Positions 31,760 through 41,500 of a stretch of 64,000 nt of DNA are shown here, piece by piece. Each line of letters opens with the position of its first letter. Positions within the stretch are counted from its first letter, which is position 1. The notes under the pieces are model-generated. The model made no database searches. It was not told the DNA's origin and was given only the letters and a program-made list of their open reading frames with translations. Position numbers and translations under genes: made by a program. The stretch is taken from positions 496,001-560,000 of the forward strand of contig JANHCV010000001.1 of assembly GCA_025594325.1 (NCBI GenBank), given 5' to 3'. This stretch comes from Blastocladiella emersonii ATCC 22665. Taxonomy: Eukaryota; Fungi; Blastocladiomycota.

Positions 31760-34621
31760 ATGTCGCGGGGCCCCGCCAGCGCGCTGTGGGACCTGGTCGC
31801 CGGGTCCTTGACGTCGATCGCGTCGACGGCCTCGCCCAGCGCCTTCTTCCTCGACCGCCCGCCGTCCCCGCCGTCGCCGCGCCGCCACTCGACCATCTCG
31901 TCCGTCGTCCACGTCGCCGCCGCCTCGGTCGCCGCGCGGTTGCCTGTCCGGCTCGCGTTTCCTGCTTCCGCGGAAGAGGAGGCGAGCGACGTGGACGACC
32001 CGCCACCACTACCACCGCCATGGCCGAATACCGACGGCGACCAGGGCCAGCGGTTGACGACGACGGCGCCACCCGTTCCAGTCGCTGTGGCGCAGCCCGC
32101 GCCTGTCGCCGCGCCTGTCGCCGCGCCGCGGGTACGGCCGTCGGTCCTGCCCGCTGCTTCCCCACGCGTCGCGCCCGCGTCGTCAAGCTCGTCGACGACG
32201 ACCATGCTCGCGACCGCGCTCCTCGCCGCCATCGCCGCGCGCACCGCCACCTCGCCCGCGACCGCCGCCGCCGTCGCAAGGCTCAAGCGCCGGTACTGGC
32301 TCCTCGCCCTCGCTATGGCCGCGGCCGCGCTTCCGCTCATGGGTACGTGCGTTACCCGATCTCTGATCCGGATCCGTATCGTGCTGACGTGGGCCCGACG
32401 TGTAGGCGTCATCTCGTACCTCGTCTCGCTGCACGTCCAGTCGCTCTACGACCGGCACATCCGCGACGACTGGCACCGCCTCGTCGACGCCATTGCTACG
32501 GTCCCGTCCGACTCGGAGTCCGAGCACCATCATCACCATCATCATCACGCGCACCGCGCCGCGCCTGATCGCGAAGCGTCGTCGCGGCGCCGCCGGAGGC
32601 GAACGCGTCACGCTGCACCGTCGCCGCCAAGGAGGTCGTACCGGCGGAGGCGGCGGCGGAGCGACTCGTTCAGCAGCAGCGAGTACAACTCGAGCAACGA
32701 GGACGACGAGTCGAGCGACGATACGCGGTCTGTATCGTCTACCTCGTCGGGCCGGTCGCGGACCCGCAGAAGGCGCGCCCGCGGACACCGCGCTCCTCGC
32801 CTGGAGCACCACCGGTACCGCGCCGCGTCCGCCTCGTCATCATCGCGCGCCCGCGCGGCGCTGGTCGCTGCTGCGCGTGACGGGTACTCGTCGTCAACTT
32901 CGTCGTCCGCGTCGTCGTCGTCCGAGTACGAGGTCCGCAGAAGGAGGAGGAGGCGGGTCGGTCGGCGGCATCGTCACCACGGGCATCGTCACGCGTCGCG
33001 CCGCCGTCGCCACGCGTCCCGCCGTTCCGAGGAGGAGGACGAGCTGAGTGACGGGATCGAGTACTTCCCCGAGTCGCGGCTGCGCGAGTCGCGCCGCGAG
33101 CGGTACCGCCGCGCCGCCCCCGCGGCCGCCGCTGCCGCCGAGTACGACGCCGACGCGTACTCGGACCCTGACGCCGAGGAGGAAGCCGACGAGGAGACCG
33201 GCCGCTACGCGTTCTCGTCGTGGTCGGACCTGACCCCGTCCTCGTCCGCGTTGCAGGTCGGTGCGACTGCCGCCGCCGCGCGGCCCTCTGCCGCCCGCCG
33301 ACTCCGTCACCCCACCACCGCCGCCGCCGCGCCACCGCCTGCCGCGCCCGGCGTGAGCGCAGCCGACCTCGAGTTCCTCGTCCTGGAACTCGACACGCTG
33401 CGCACGCTGCTGTCGCGCGAGGCGGCGCAGGAGCAGGCGCTGCGCGGCGAGATCGCGACGATGCGCGAGACCCTGCACGGCGTGCTCGCCCAGATGCGCG
33501 GGCTGCAGGCGGTCCAGGGCCACTTTGCTGCGACTGTCGACGCGGCCCCGCAGCGGTCGCTGCAGCACCACCACCATCACCATCGCGCGCTGTCAACTGC
33601 CTCATCCTCGTCTTCCTCCTCGTCGTCCTCCTCCTCAACGTCGTCGGAACCCATCATCATCCGGTCCCCGCTCGACCCGGACCCGCTCGGCCCGCCGCCG
33701 CGCGACCGCGCGCCCGGCGACGTGCCCGCGCCGCTCAACGCGCCCATCACGTTCCAGCAGCTCGCCGAGCTGCCGCTCGTGTTCCCCGAGACTCCCGGGA
33801 TCGTCGTCCAGCGCCAGATGCGCGCCAACAGCGCGAGCCGGTCTCCGTCGCCCGCCGCGGCGGCGGTTATTGAAGAAGCTGACGCCGCACAGCGCGCCGC
33901 CGTGATGCGGTCCGGCTTCGGCGACGGCGAGGATGAGGTCGCCGTTTACCTCCGCGCCGCGGCGAGCGCTGCGGAACCCGACGCGGTGTCACCCGCCACG
34001 ACGCGCGACCTCCTCGCGAACCTGCACGCGCGCGTCGTCGCGGCGACATCCCCGAGCTCTCCCCCGCCGCACTCCGCTGCCGCGGCGGCCGACGACGACC
34101 CGCTCGAAGCCCTCGATACCCTCCCGCCGCTCCCGCCGTCGCGCGCCGCGTCCGACGTGTCGACGTCGTCCATGTCGGCGGTCGGCGCGGGCGTGCGGCG
34201 GTGCTCGGTCTCGGCGCCCACGTCGCCGACCGCCGCCGTGCACTTCAGCGGCAGCGGGAAGGGCAAGGCGAGCGTCGCGCCGCCACCACCCGCCGTGGCG
34301 ACGCGGCGCGCGGTCTCAGTCGCGCCTGCGCCAGTGGGGCCGGCGAAGCGGCGACCCGTGTCGCTGTCGAGCGCAGCGGCGGCGGTGGGTCTGCGTAAGA
34401 CGCCCGCGGTTGTCGTCAGCAAACCGCCCGGGGCACCAGCGACCAAGCGCGTGTCGGCGGCACCAACCGTCTCGGCCCCGACCGCGGCGAGCGAGCGGCG
34501 GCGGCGGCCCGCCTCGTGGACGGCGGGGACTCCAGTTCCACCAGCGTCCACGACGACGGCGGCAGCTGCGAAGCGGAGCAGCGGCGAGCCGTCGGCGGCT
34601 GCGTCGGTGCCGTTTCGGTGA
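31760..34621 (+). CDS. Orphan low-complexity protein with TM segment, Arg/Ser/His-rich tract and coiled coil; probable 63-nt in-frame intron 32343-32405
   Basis: Long ORF with a GTACGT..GCTGAC..TAG intron embedded in frame. Confidence 0.6.
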   Translation: MSRGPASALWDLVAGSLTSIASTASPSAFFLDRPPSPPSPRRHSTISSVVHVAAASVAARLPVRLAFPASAEEEASDVDDPPPLPPPWPNTDGDQGQRLTTTAPPVPVAVAQPAPVAAPVAAPRVRPSVLPAASPRVAPASSSSSTTTMLATALLAAIAARTATSPATAAAVARLKRRYWLLALAMAAAALPLMGTCVTRSLIRIRIVLTWARRVGVISYLVSLHVQSLYDRHIRDDWHRLVDAIATVPSDSESEHHHHHHHHAHRAAPDREASSRRRRRRTRHAAPSPPRRSYRRRRRRSDSFSSSEYNSSNEDDESSDDTRSVSSTSSGRSRTRRRRARGHRAPRLEHHRYRAASASSSSRARAALVAAARDGYSSSTSSSASSSSEYEVRRRRRRRVGRRHRHHGHRHASRRRRHASRRSEEEDELSDGIEYFPESRLRESRRERYRRAAPAAAAAAEYDADAYSDPDAEEEADEETGRYAFSSWSDLTPSSSALQVGATAAAARPSAARRLRHPTTAAAAPPPAAPGVSAADLEFLVLELDTLRTLLSREAAQEQALRGEIATMRETLHGVLAQMRGLQAVQGHFAATVDAAPQRSLQHHHHHHRALSTASSSSSSSSSSSSTSSEPIIIRSPLDPDPLGPPPRDRAPGDVPAPLNAPITFQQLAELPLVFPETPGIVVQRQMRANSASRSPSPAAAAVIEEADAAQRAAVMRSGFGDGEDEVAVYLRAAASAAEPDAVSPATTRDLLANLHARVVAATSPSSPPPHSAAAAADDDPLEALDTLPPLPPSRAASDVSTSSMSAVGAGVRRCSVSAPTSPTAAVHFSGSGKGKASVAPPPPAVATRRAVSVAPAPVGPAKRRPVSLSSAAAAVGLRKTPAVVVSKPPGAPATKRVSAAPTVSAPTAASERRRRPASWTAGTPVPPASTTTAAAAKRSSGEPSAAASVPFR

Positions 34622-34715
34622 GCGAAAAGAGAGAATAGAAGTGGAAACGTCGTGAATGAAACTCGCGTGTGGATTAGGTTGATTGTATTTTCAGCAAGGC
34701 AGCAACAAGAGAGGT

Positions 34716-35375
34716 TTAGGCGAAGAGGCCGACGGCGGCCATGAGCCCGGCGCTGCCGGCGGCGAGGGACGCGGACCACGACGAAGTCGTCGCAGCCGAT
34801 GGCGTGGTCGAGCCGCCGGACCCGGCGGCGCCCTGCTTGCCGAGCCCCGCGACCGTGAGCGGCTTCATGATCTGCCACTTGATCCGGGCGGGCCCAACAC
34901 CCGCGGCGCGGACCGTGACGGGCGCAGCGGCGTCGGCGGGCACCGTGAGGACGAACCCCTCGGGGTTAGTCGCGTCGCCGGCCTTGAACGACTTGGCGGC
35001 GGCCGAGGTGTGCGACACGGCGCCGCCGTTGCACTCCTTGACGAGCGCGAACCCCTGGCTGCCGTCGCGCAGCTTCCAGGTGCCGACGCGCTTGCCGTTG
35101 GCGTCGGTCGCCCACAGCAGCAGGCCCTTGAGCGTCTGCGACGTCGGGTCCGCCGCGAGCACCTTGACCGTGGTCGACGTCCCGCCCGACGTCGCGTCGC
35201 CCGCCTGCAGCTTGAAGCCAAGGTCCGACTGCTGCCCGCCCATGCCCCGCGACATGTCGGCCTCGGTCACCTCGCAGATGGACAGCGTGTTCGAGTACGC
35301 GGCGGCGGGGGACGCGGCCAGCGCGAGCAGCGCCACGAGGGCGGCGACGAAGAGGGCGGAGGCGCGCGAGTGCAT
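34716..35375 (-). CDS. Small secreted, probably GPI-anchored Reeler-domain-like protein
   Basis: Signal peptide; LKGLLLWA...VGTW...C..GAVSHTS..K pattern typical of Reeler domains; hydrophobic C-terminal tail. Confidence 0.7.
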   Translation of the reverse strand: MHSRASALFVAALVALLALAASPAAAYSNTLSICEVTEADMSRGMGGQQSDLGFKLQAGDATSGGTSTTVKVLAADPTSQTLKGLLLWATDANGKRVGTWKLRDGSQGFALVKECNGGAVSHTSAAAKSFKAGDATNPEGFVLTVPADAAAPVTVRAAGVGPARIKWQIMKPLTVAGLGKQGAAGSGGSTTPSAATTSSWSASLAAGSAGLMAAVGLFA

Positions 35376-35866
35376 TTTAGAATACATGGAGGAGGAATGG
35401 GCCAACGTGGTCGTGGAGAGCGAGAGAGCGTGGCGCAGGGACGAACAGAGGAGATGTGATGGCCATCACGATCGCGCCGCGTGCGCCACCCAGCAGCCCG
35501 CAGCCGCGCACGTGAGCTCGGAAGCGATGAAACGCGCACGTGCTTTAGCCGCCGTTGGATCCGGGCGTGTTTCAGAATCAATGTGGCTCATCCGGCCCGG
35601 CGCCGCGGAGCGCCACAGCGTTACAGCACAACATCATGTCGCCCACGCGGGCCCGGTTCGCTCCGATCGATTCTGGTGGTTCAGCAGCAACGACGACGCC
35701 CGCGGACGGACGCTCGCCCACAAGCTTCGAGCACTATAAAGCGCTCGCATCCCCGCTCCCTGCCCGCGCTCCAGTGGACCCGCGCGCTTGCTTGCACCAA
35801 CCCTACCCGACTTTCTCTTAGACGGGGCTGCTGCAGCAACACATCTCCCACCTCATAGACTACTAG

Positions 35867-38053
35867 ATGAAGACCAGCATCCTCGCCCTGCTCGCCCTCG
35901 TGGCCGCCACCGCCTCGGCCGCGCCCGCGCCCGTCGGCTACGGCAAGCGCAAGTGCCACCCGCACCACGCCAAGGACGCCGCCGCCGTCGTCGTCCCCGC
36001 GACCGGCTCGCCCGTTGCTGGCGCCGACCACCCCGCCTACGGCTACAACCCCGAGTACAAGCCGAACCGCCCGTCGTACCCCTGGTGCGTTTCGTCTCGC
36101 TGTCGCGACTCGGTGAGGCGGCGCCCGCCATCGCCGATGTGATCACCCGTCACTAACCCTCTCGCCGCGACGACGTCTCCAGGGAGGACAAGGACAAGCC
36201 GTACATCCAGCCCGGCCACACCCCGACCACGCCCGCGATCCCGGCGCCCGTCTACGGCAAGAAGCCCGTCACCGGCGGCCCCTACGCGCCCGGCGCGCCC
36301 TACACGGGCAAGCCCAACGAGCCGTACTGCCCCGGCAAGGGCGGTAACAGCGGCAAGAACGGCACCGACCCCGTCATGCCGCCCAAGCCGACGCCGCTGC
36401 CCAACGACAACAAGGCGTGGAACATGACCCTGATCCACACCAACGACATCCACGCGCACCTCGACCAGTTCAACTCGCGCGGCGTCGACTGCACCGAGAA
36501 GGATATCGCCGACCACAAGTGCTTCGGCGGCGCCGCCCGCATCCGCACCCTCGTCGACCAGATCCGCAACTCCAAGAACAACACGTACCTCGTCGACGCC
36601 GGTGACCAGTTCCAGGGCACGCTGTTCTACAACTACTACAAGGGCAACGTCTCGGCCGACTTTATGAACTCGTACGTTGTCTTCTCTGATCGGATGGGAT
36701 CGCTCGACCGGGCGAGCACGGCCACTGACACGCTTCTGATCCCACTTCTCCAGGCTCGGCTACGACGCCTTCGCCATCGGCAACCACGAGTTCGACGACG
36801 GACCCGAGCACCTCGGCAAGTTCATCCGCAAGCTCAAGTTCCCCGCGCTCTCGTCCAACATGGACGTGTCGGCCGAGCCCGCGCTCCGCGACGTCGTCGC
36901 CCCCTACACGGTCCTGACCAAGTACGGCGCGCGCCTCGGTGTCGTCGGCTTCATCACCTCGACCCTGCCCGATATTTCCAACACGGGAAAGAACGTCAAG
37001 GTCGTCGACCCGGCCATCGCCGTGCAGAAGGCCATTGACGAGCTGCACAAGCTGGGCGTGCAGAAGGTGGTCGGAATTTCCCACAACGGGTACGAGGACG
37101 ACATGCGCGTCGCCTCGCTCACGTCGGGCCTCTCGCTCATCGCCGGCGGCCACAGCCACACCTTGCTTCACAAGAACCTCACGCTGTCGGGCGCCAAGGG
37201 CCCGTACCCGACCGCCGTCAAGAACAAGGACGGCAAGCCGACGTACATTGTCCAGGCCAAGGCGTGGGGCGAGTGGGTCGGCGTCATCGACCTCGCGTGG
37301 AGCGCCGAGTCCGAGCTCGTCGCCGTCAACGGCGACCCGATCCAGCTCACCGACGCGATCCCGCAGCACAAGGCGACCCAGGACCTCGTCCAGCAGTGGC
37401 GCGTCCCCTTCGACGCCCTCTCCAAGACCGTCATCGGGTCCAACCCCGAGGCCATGGAGCGCGGCTCGTGCTCGTCCGGCTCGTGCCCGCTCGGTAACTT
37501 TGTCACCGACGCCCTGCGCGAGGCCTACTCGGGTCTCCTCGGCAACGACCGCCCGGTTATCGCCATGGTCAACACCGGTGGTCTCCGCGCTGGCCTCAAC
37601 GGCGGCGACATCACCATCGGCGGCGTGCTCTCGGTCCTGCCCTTCACCAACTACCAGGTCGAGCTCGAGGTCGACGGCCAGTTCATCAAGGACACGCTCG
37701 AGAACATTGCCAACGACGTCAACCTGCAGAACGGCAAGAAGGTCACCTCGTTCGCCCAGTTCTCGGGTGTCCGCGCTACCCTCGACATGAACCAGGCTGC
37801 CGGTTCCCGTGCCGTCAACATCGAGATCCTCGGCAAGGACGGCCAGTACGCTCCCATCAACCTCAAGGGCCAGTACATCTTCGAAACGCTCGACTTCCTC
37901 AGCAGTGGGGGTGATAGTATTGTGCCCAAGACGTTCCCCGCGGCGAAGCCCCGCCTCAACCTCTCGGACCTCGTCATGGAGTACATCAAGAAGGTCAAGA
38001 CCCTCGGCACCTACAAGGACCGCCGCATCACGGTCATCCCCAAGAAGGCCTAA
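35867..38053 (+). CDS. Secreted 5'-nucleotidase/apyrase family (UshA/CD73-like), introns 36085-36182 and 36672-36753
   Basis: HTNDIH, DAGDQFQG, GNHEFD, SHNG, GGHSH; C-terminal domain with GNFVTDA, NTGGLRA, VLPFTN. Confidence 0.93.
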
Positions 38054-38692
38054 TCGGCTCGTTTGTGTGTGGCGTGATTGTATCTGTCGAATGGAGCACT
38101 TTCTTGCGCACGGTACTTGTGCGCGTTTTCGTGCAAATCGGTGTAGTGGCGCAGCGCGAGCGGGGTGAGTCAGGTGGTGTGGCGCAACGCGACTTTCTCT
38201 TCGCTTGCACCTGGTTCAGTTGATCCAACTTGCGATGCCTTGAAAATGTTTGTGTAAGCGTAATCCCGATGGACACGGACAAGTTTATGAGATCCTAAGC
38301 GGAATCGGTGAGCAGTGCGGCTGAGCGGAAGTTTCCTCATAGGTCGTGCGTGAAGGTCGCTGAACATGTATGAGATTTCGATCGCATCGAGCTCGACGTT
38401 GAACATGTCTTGCTCCTTCGCACGGTACCGCATGGTCGGAGCGGTACCGGACTCCACCGCGCCTCTCGCTCTCACCGCCGGTCGATGTGCGTCCCGAATC
38501 CAGCAACACGGCCGCAGCCGCCGCCAGCGACGGACTGCACGGGGTCGAGGCCAGCCATGTCCCGGCGGTCGCCGACGCGTCTTCCGGCGCCGGCACGAAC
38601 CCTGTTTCTTCGGCCTCCCCGATGCAGAGCTCGCTGCCGCCCAACTTCGAGTAAAAGAAAACGTGGGAGTTTGAAAAGGTCAAAGTGTCGGG

Positions 38693-39069
38693 AGTTGAAG
38701 CGTACTCGACTGGGAGGAAGCTTGGCACGATGGACGTGCGATCCTGGCGGAGATGAAGATCGAGGCGATGAAGAGGTTCACAAGAGGGGACGATGAAGAG
38801 GTTCACAAAAGGAGACGGTGAGGAGGTTCACAAGAGGACAACAGGCTGTATGTGGTGGCTAATACTAGCAACTGGTCAAAGGAACAAGAGAGAGAGGGGA
38901 TGCGGAGGCGCGTCGTCCGATGTGAGCGGGCCGACGCGTCGCTCGGTGAGGTGAGGCGGTCCGCGGCGATGACAAAGGAGATCGGCGCGGTGCGCGTGAC
39001 GCGCGTGACGCGGGCGGGGTCGCACGCGTCCGGTGACTGTGGCGCAACGCGGTCACGTGTACTTGAACT
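38693..39069 (-). mobile_element. Solo LTR of the copia family at 54.6-60.3 kb, flanked by the 5-bp duplication TCGGG
   Basis: 38835-39069 reads identical to 54781-55015, and 38693-38834 is a diverged match to 54616-54780. TCGGG is present at 38688-38692 and 39070-39074. Confidence 0.88.
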
Positions 39070-39499
39070 TCGGGCTCACAAGCCGGCTCACCGACGCTGT
39101 CGCGCCGCCCTTGTTTCGATTCAACGCGGCCTTTTGCAGACCCTCCCCGTTATGGCCGCCGCATTCTTGTCGTCATGATAAAGTTTTTCTCCCGACCCCT
39201 CACATCATTCAGCAGACACTGGGTCACACGAAAATTAATCAAGCGATCGCGACCAGATAGGTTCTCCGTCCTGCTCCAGGGTAGCAGATCTCAGTCGAGA
39301 CGGACGCGCGCCACGGCAGAGCCCACACAAAGCAATCAGTGACAAGACACACCGCGCGGCCGACGACGTGCCCGCGGCCGTCTCAAGCTCGGGCGCAAGC
39401 GTGACGGCGGCCGACGAGTCCGAGGCCGCGACGGCCTTCTTCTTGGCCGGCCTGCGGCGAAGGCGGTTCCGACCCGTCGGCGGCGTGCCGACCATGGAT

Positions 39500-40100
39500 T
39501 CGGGCGCGTCGTAGCCCGATTAAAGAGCGTCTTGACCCTGAGCTCGCCCGCGGGCGGCGGCGACGCGATGCCCTCGCGCAGCGCCTCGAGCACGCGATCC
39601 ATGCACGGCGCGAGGCGCTCCTCGACAGCGACGAGCTTGCTGGCCGTCGCGCGCAAACGCCGGCTTATGGATGAGACCCTTGGCGTCGTAGAAGGCGTCC
39701 GAGTTGACGCGCACGACCGTCAGCGGCTTGCACTTGAGCGCCTTGTGGATCGCCTCGAGGCGTTCGTCCTCGCCCGTGTACGCGCAGTGTGCGTTCTCGT
39801 CGATCTCGAGGATGACGCAGAACGCGGCGAAGATGAAGAGCAGGTCGGGGCGGAACCGGCAGTCGGAGCCCATGATCGACTCGTCCTTGGTCACCATGGC
39901 CGACGCGATCAGGTCGGCGAGCGCGGCGACGACGTGCTCCACGATCGTCGTCTCCTTGACCTTGCGGCGGAACGTGATGGGGTCGTTCGGATGCTCGGCG
40001 ATCCAGCACGCGACGCAATGGGCCTTGTGCAGGTACGACTCGGCGGCGATCCCGCACGATGAGCACAGCGGGATGTGGAACTGCTGGGCGCCTCCAAAAG
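39500..40100 (-). pseudogene. PD-(D/E)xK (Vsr/DUF559-like) endonuclease of the type common in giant DNA viruses, with one frameshift near 39665
   Basis: CSSC...HCVACW..HP.DP...KVKE, RPDLL, ILEIDENAH, EDERL, VVRVNSDAF; the shifted frame continues EERL...LRVKTLF. Confidence 0.7.
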
Positions 40101-40189
40101 CTGTTCTGCACACGAATCACACGCACACAAAATTCATGTTTGCAAATGACCAGTGTATTTCGCTCTCCTTGCGTCCCCGCGACTCTTCC

Positions 40190-41074
40190 TCAGCCTCGCC
40201 ACCCAGGGCGCATCCGCACATCGTTTCGCATCGGCCCGTTAAGGTGGTAGAGGGACGGGATGAACTTCTTCACGTAAGTGTTCCCCGGGCAATGGGTCTT
40301 GAGCAGCGAGACGACGGCGGATCCCTGGGTGTAGAGCACGTCGATGGCCATGGCCATGAGAGCATCGTCGCGAGCATCGTCGCGAGCATCGTCGCGAGCA
40401 TCGTCGCGAGCATCCTCGCCAAGCGCGAGGTCCAGCGCGCTGTCGGCGAGGCGGCGATCCGAAAGCCCGAGGCCAGACGCGCCGCAAGCCGCGTTGGCCT
40501 TGGTCTTACGGTCGAGCAGGGCCGTCAGGCTGGTACTCTTCTTCATGTCGGACAGAAACGTGGCGAGCAGTTGTTGAGCGCGCGGCGTCATGTCCATGAG
40601 GCACTCCGGGAACTCGTTGACCAGGACCTCAAAAGCGCGGGCCCACGCCGGGCCTGGGCACCCGCGCGAGCTGCGGGCGGTGGTGGTGTCGAGCAGCGCG
40701 ATGATCATGCCGCCGATGAGCAGGGGGCCAGACCCGACGTTACTCTTGACCATTTGGAGGGGCTTCTTGAAGTTGTCGTGGCCGAACAGGGCCTCGGTGG
40801 CCCACGCAAACGCGAGCCCGCCGAGGATCATCTGGGCGTTGTACTTGTGCTTCTCGACGGAGAACTTTTTCAGAAGAGTGGCGAGCTCTACGATCGGCTT
40901 GGTCCGCGGGCCGGGCGTGGGCGCGGACAGGAAGCTGCGAGGCGCTTTGGGCGACGGCGGGGAGGGCGACGACGCGGTGGGCGACGGCGTGCGGGACGGG
41001 GCGGCGTGCGGGGCGGCTGCGGCAGCGACCGACGCAGTGTGCACATCATTCGGCTTCTGCATGTTGCGTTGCAT
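40190..41074 (-). CDS. Orphan ORF with DDAR tandem repeat
   Basis: 294-aa ORF with ATG start; no family recognised. Confidence 0.5.
   Translation of the reverse strand: MQRNMQKPNDVHTASVAAAAAPHAAPSRTPSPTASSPSPPSPKAPRSFLSAPTPGPRTKPIVELATLLKKFSVEKHKYNAQMILGGLAFAWATEALFGHDNFKKPLQMVKSNVGSGPLLIGGMIIALLDTTTARSSRGCPGPAWARAFEVLVNEFPECLMDMTPRAQQLLATFLSDMKKSTSLTALLDRKTKANAACGASGLGLSDRRLADSALDLALGEDARDDARDDARDDARDDALMAMAIDVLYTQGSAVVSLLKTHCPGNTYVKKFIPSLYHLNGPMRNDVRMRPGWRG
40361..40420. repeat. 12-bp tandem repeat AGCATCGTCGCG x4 plus one degenerate unit
   Basis: Read directly; encodes DDAR on the minus strand. Confidence 0.95.
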
Positions 41075-41500
41075 AGAGTGGTCAGCGCTTGGCTGTGGGT
41101 TTCAAGTGTGCGGAGAGGTCAGTAAAGCGGTGCGCGAGAACGCGCTCGGTGGCGCCACACCGCGGACCCTGCATGGACAGCTTGACCGATGGATGACGAC
41201 GCGACACTCTTGCCTTCGCCCTTCGCCCCGTCCGCGCTAGTGCCGACATTTTTGCTCGTTCGGAATGCTTGATGAACTCCTTATCAATTTATGTTTTATT
41301 ACGTATTTTGTTCTGCGTTCGGTCTACGGTGCAGCAATGGTGCCGGATCGCCTCGCGAGACGCGATGGTCAAGCGCACGTGGTGCGCCACTCTGTCGACG
41401 ACCAAGTACAACCGCTGCACAACCTCCCCGTCCCGTTACGAGAGCCCTAATCGCGAAAAACAGTTGTATTCAAGTCTCAAGCGCAACGCACGAATCCAAA

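Noticed and set aside
3836-38053. Nucleotide-salvage gene cluster (metallophosphoesterase, MTAP, Nudix, 5'-nucleotidase)
   Set aside because: The genes are spread over 34 kb among unrelated housekeeping genes and act in different compartments and pathways.
38269-38296. ATGGACACGGAcAAGTT similarity to 54603-54619 as a further LTR remnant
   Set aside because: The match is only about 17 nt and does not extend on either side, so it cannot be distinguished from chance.
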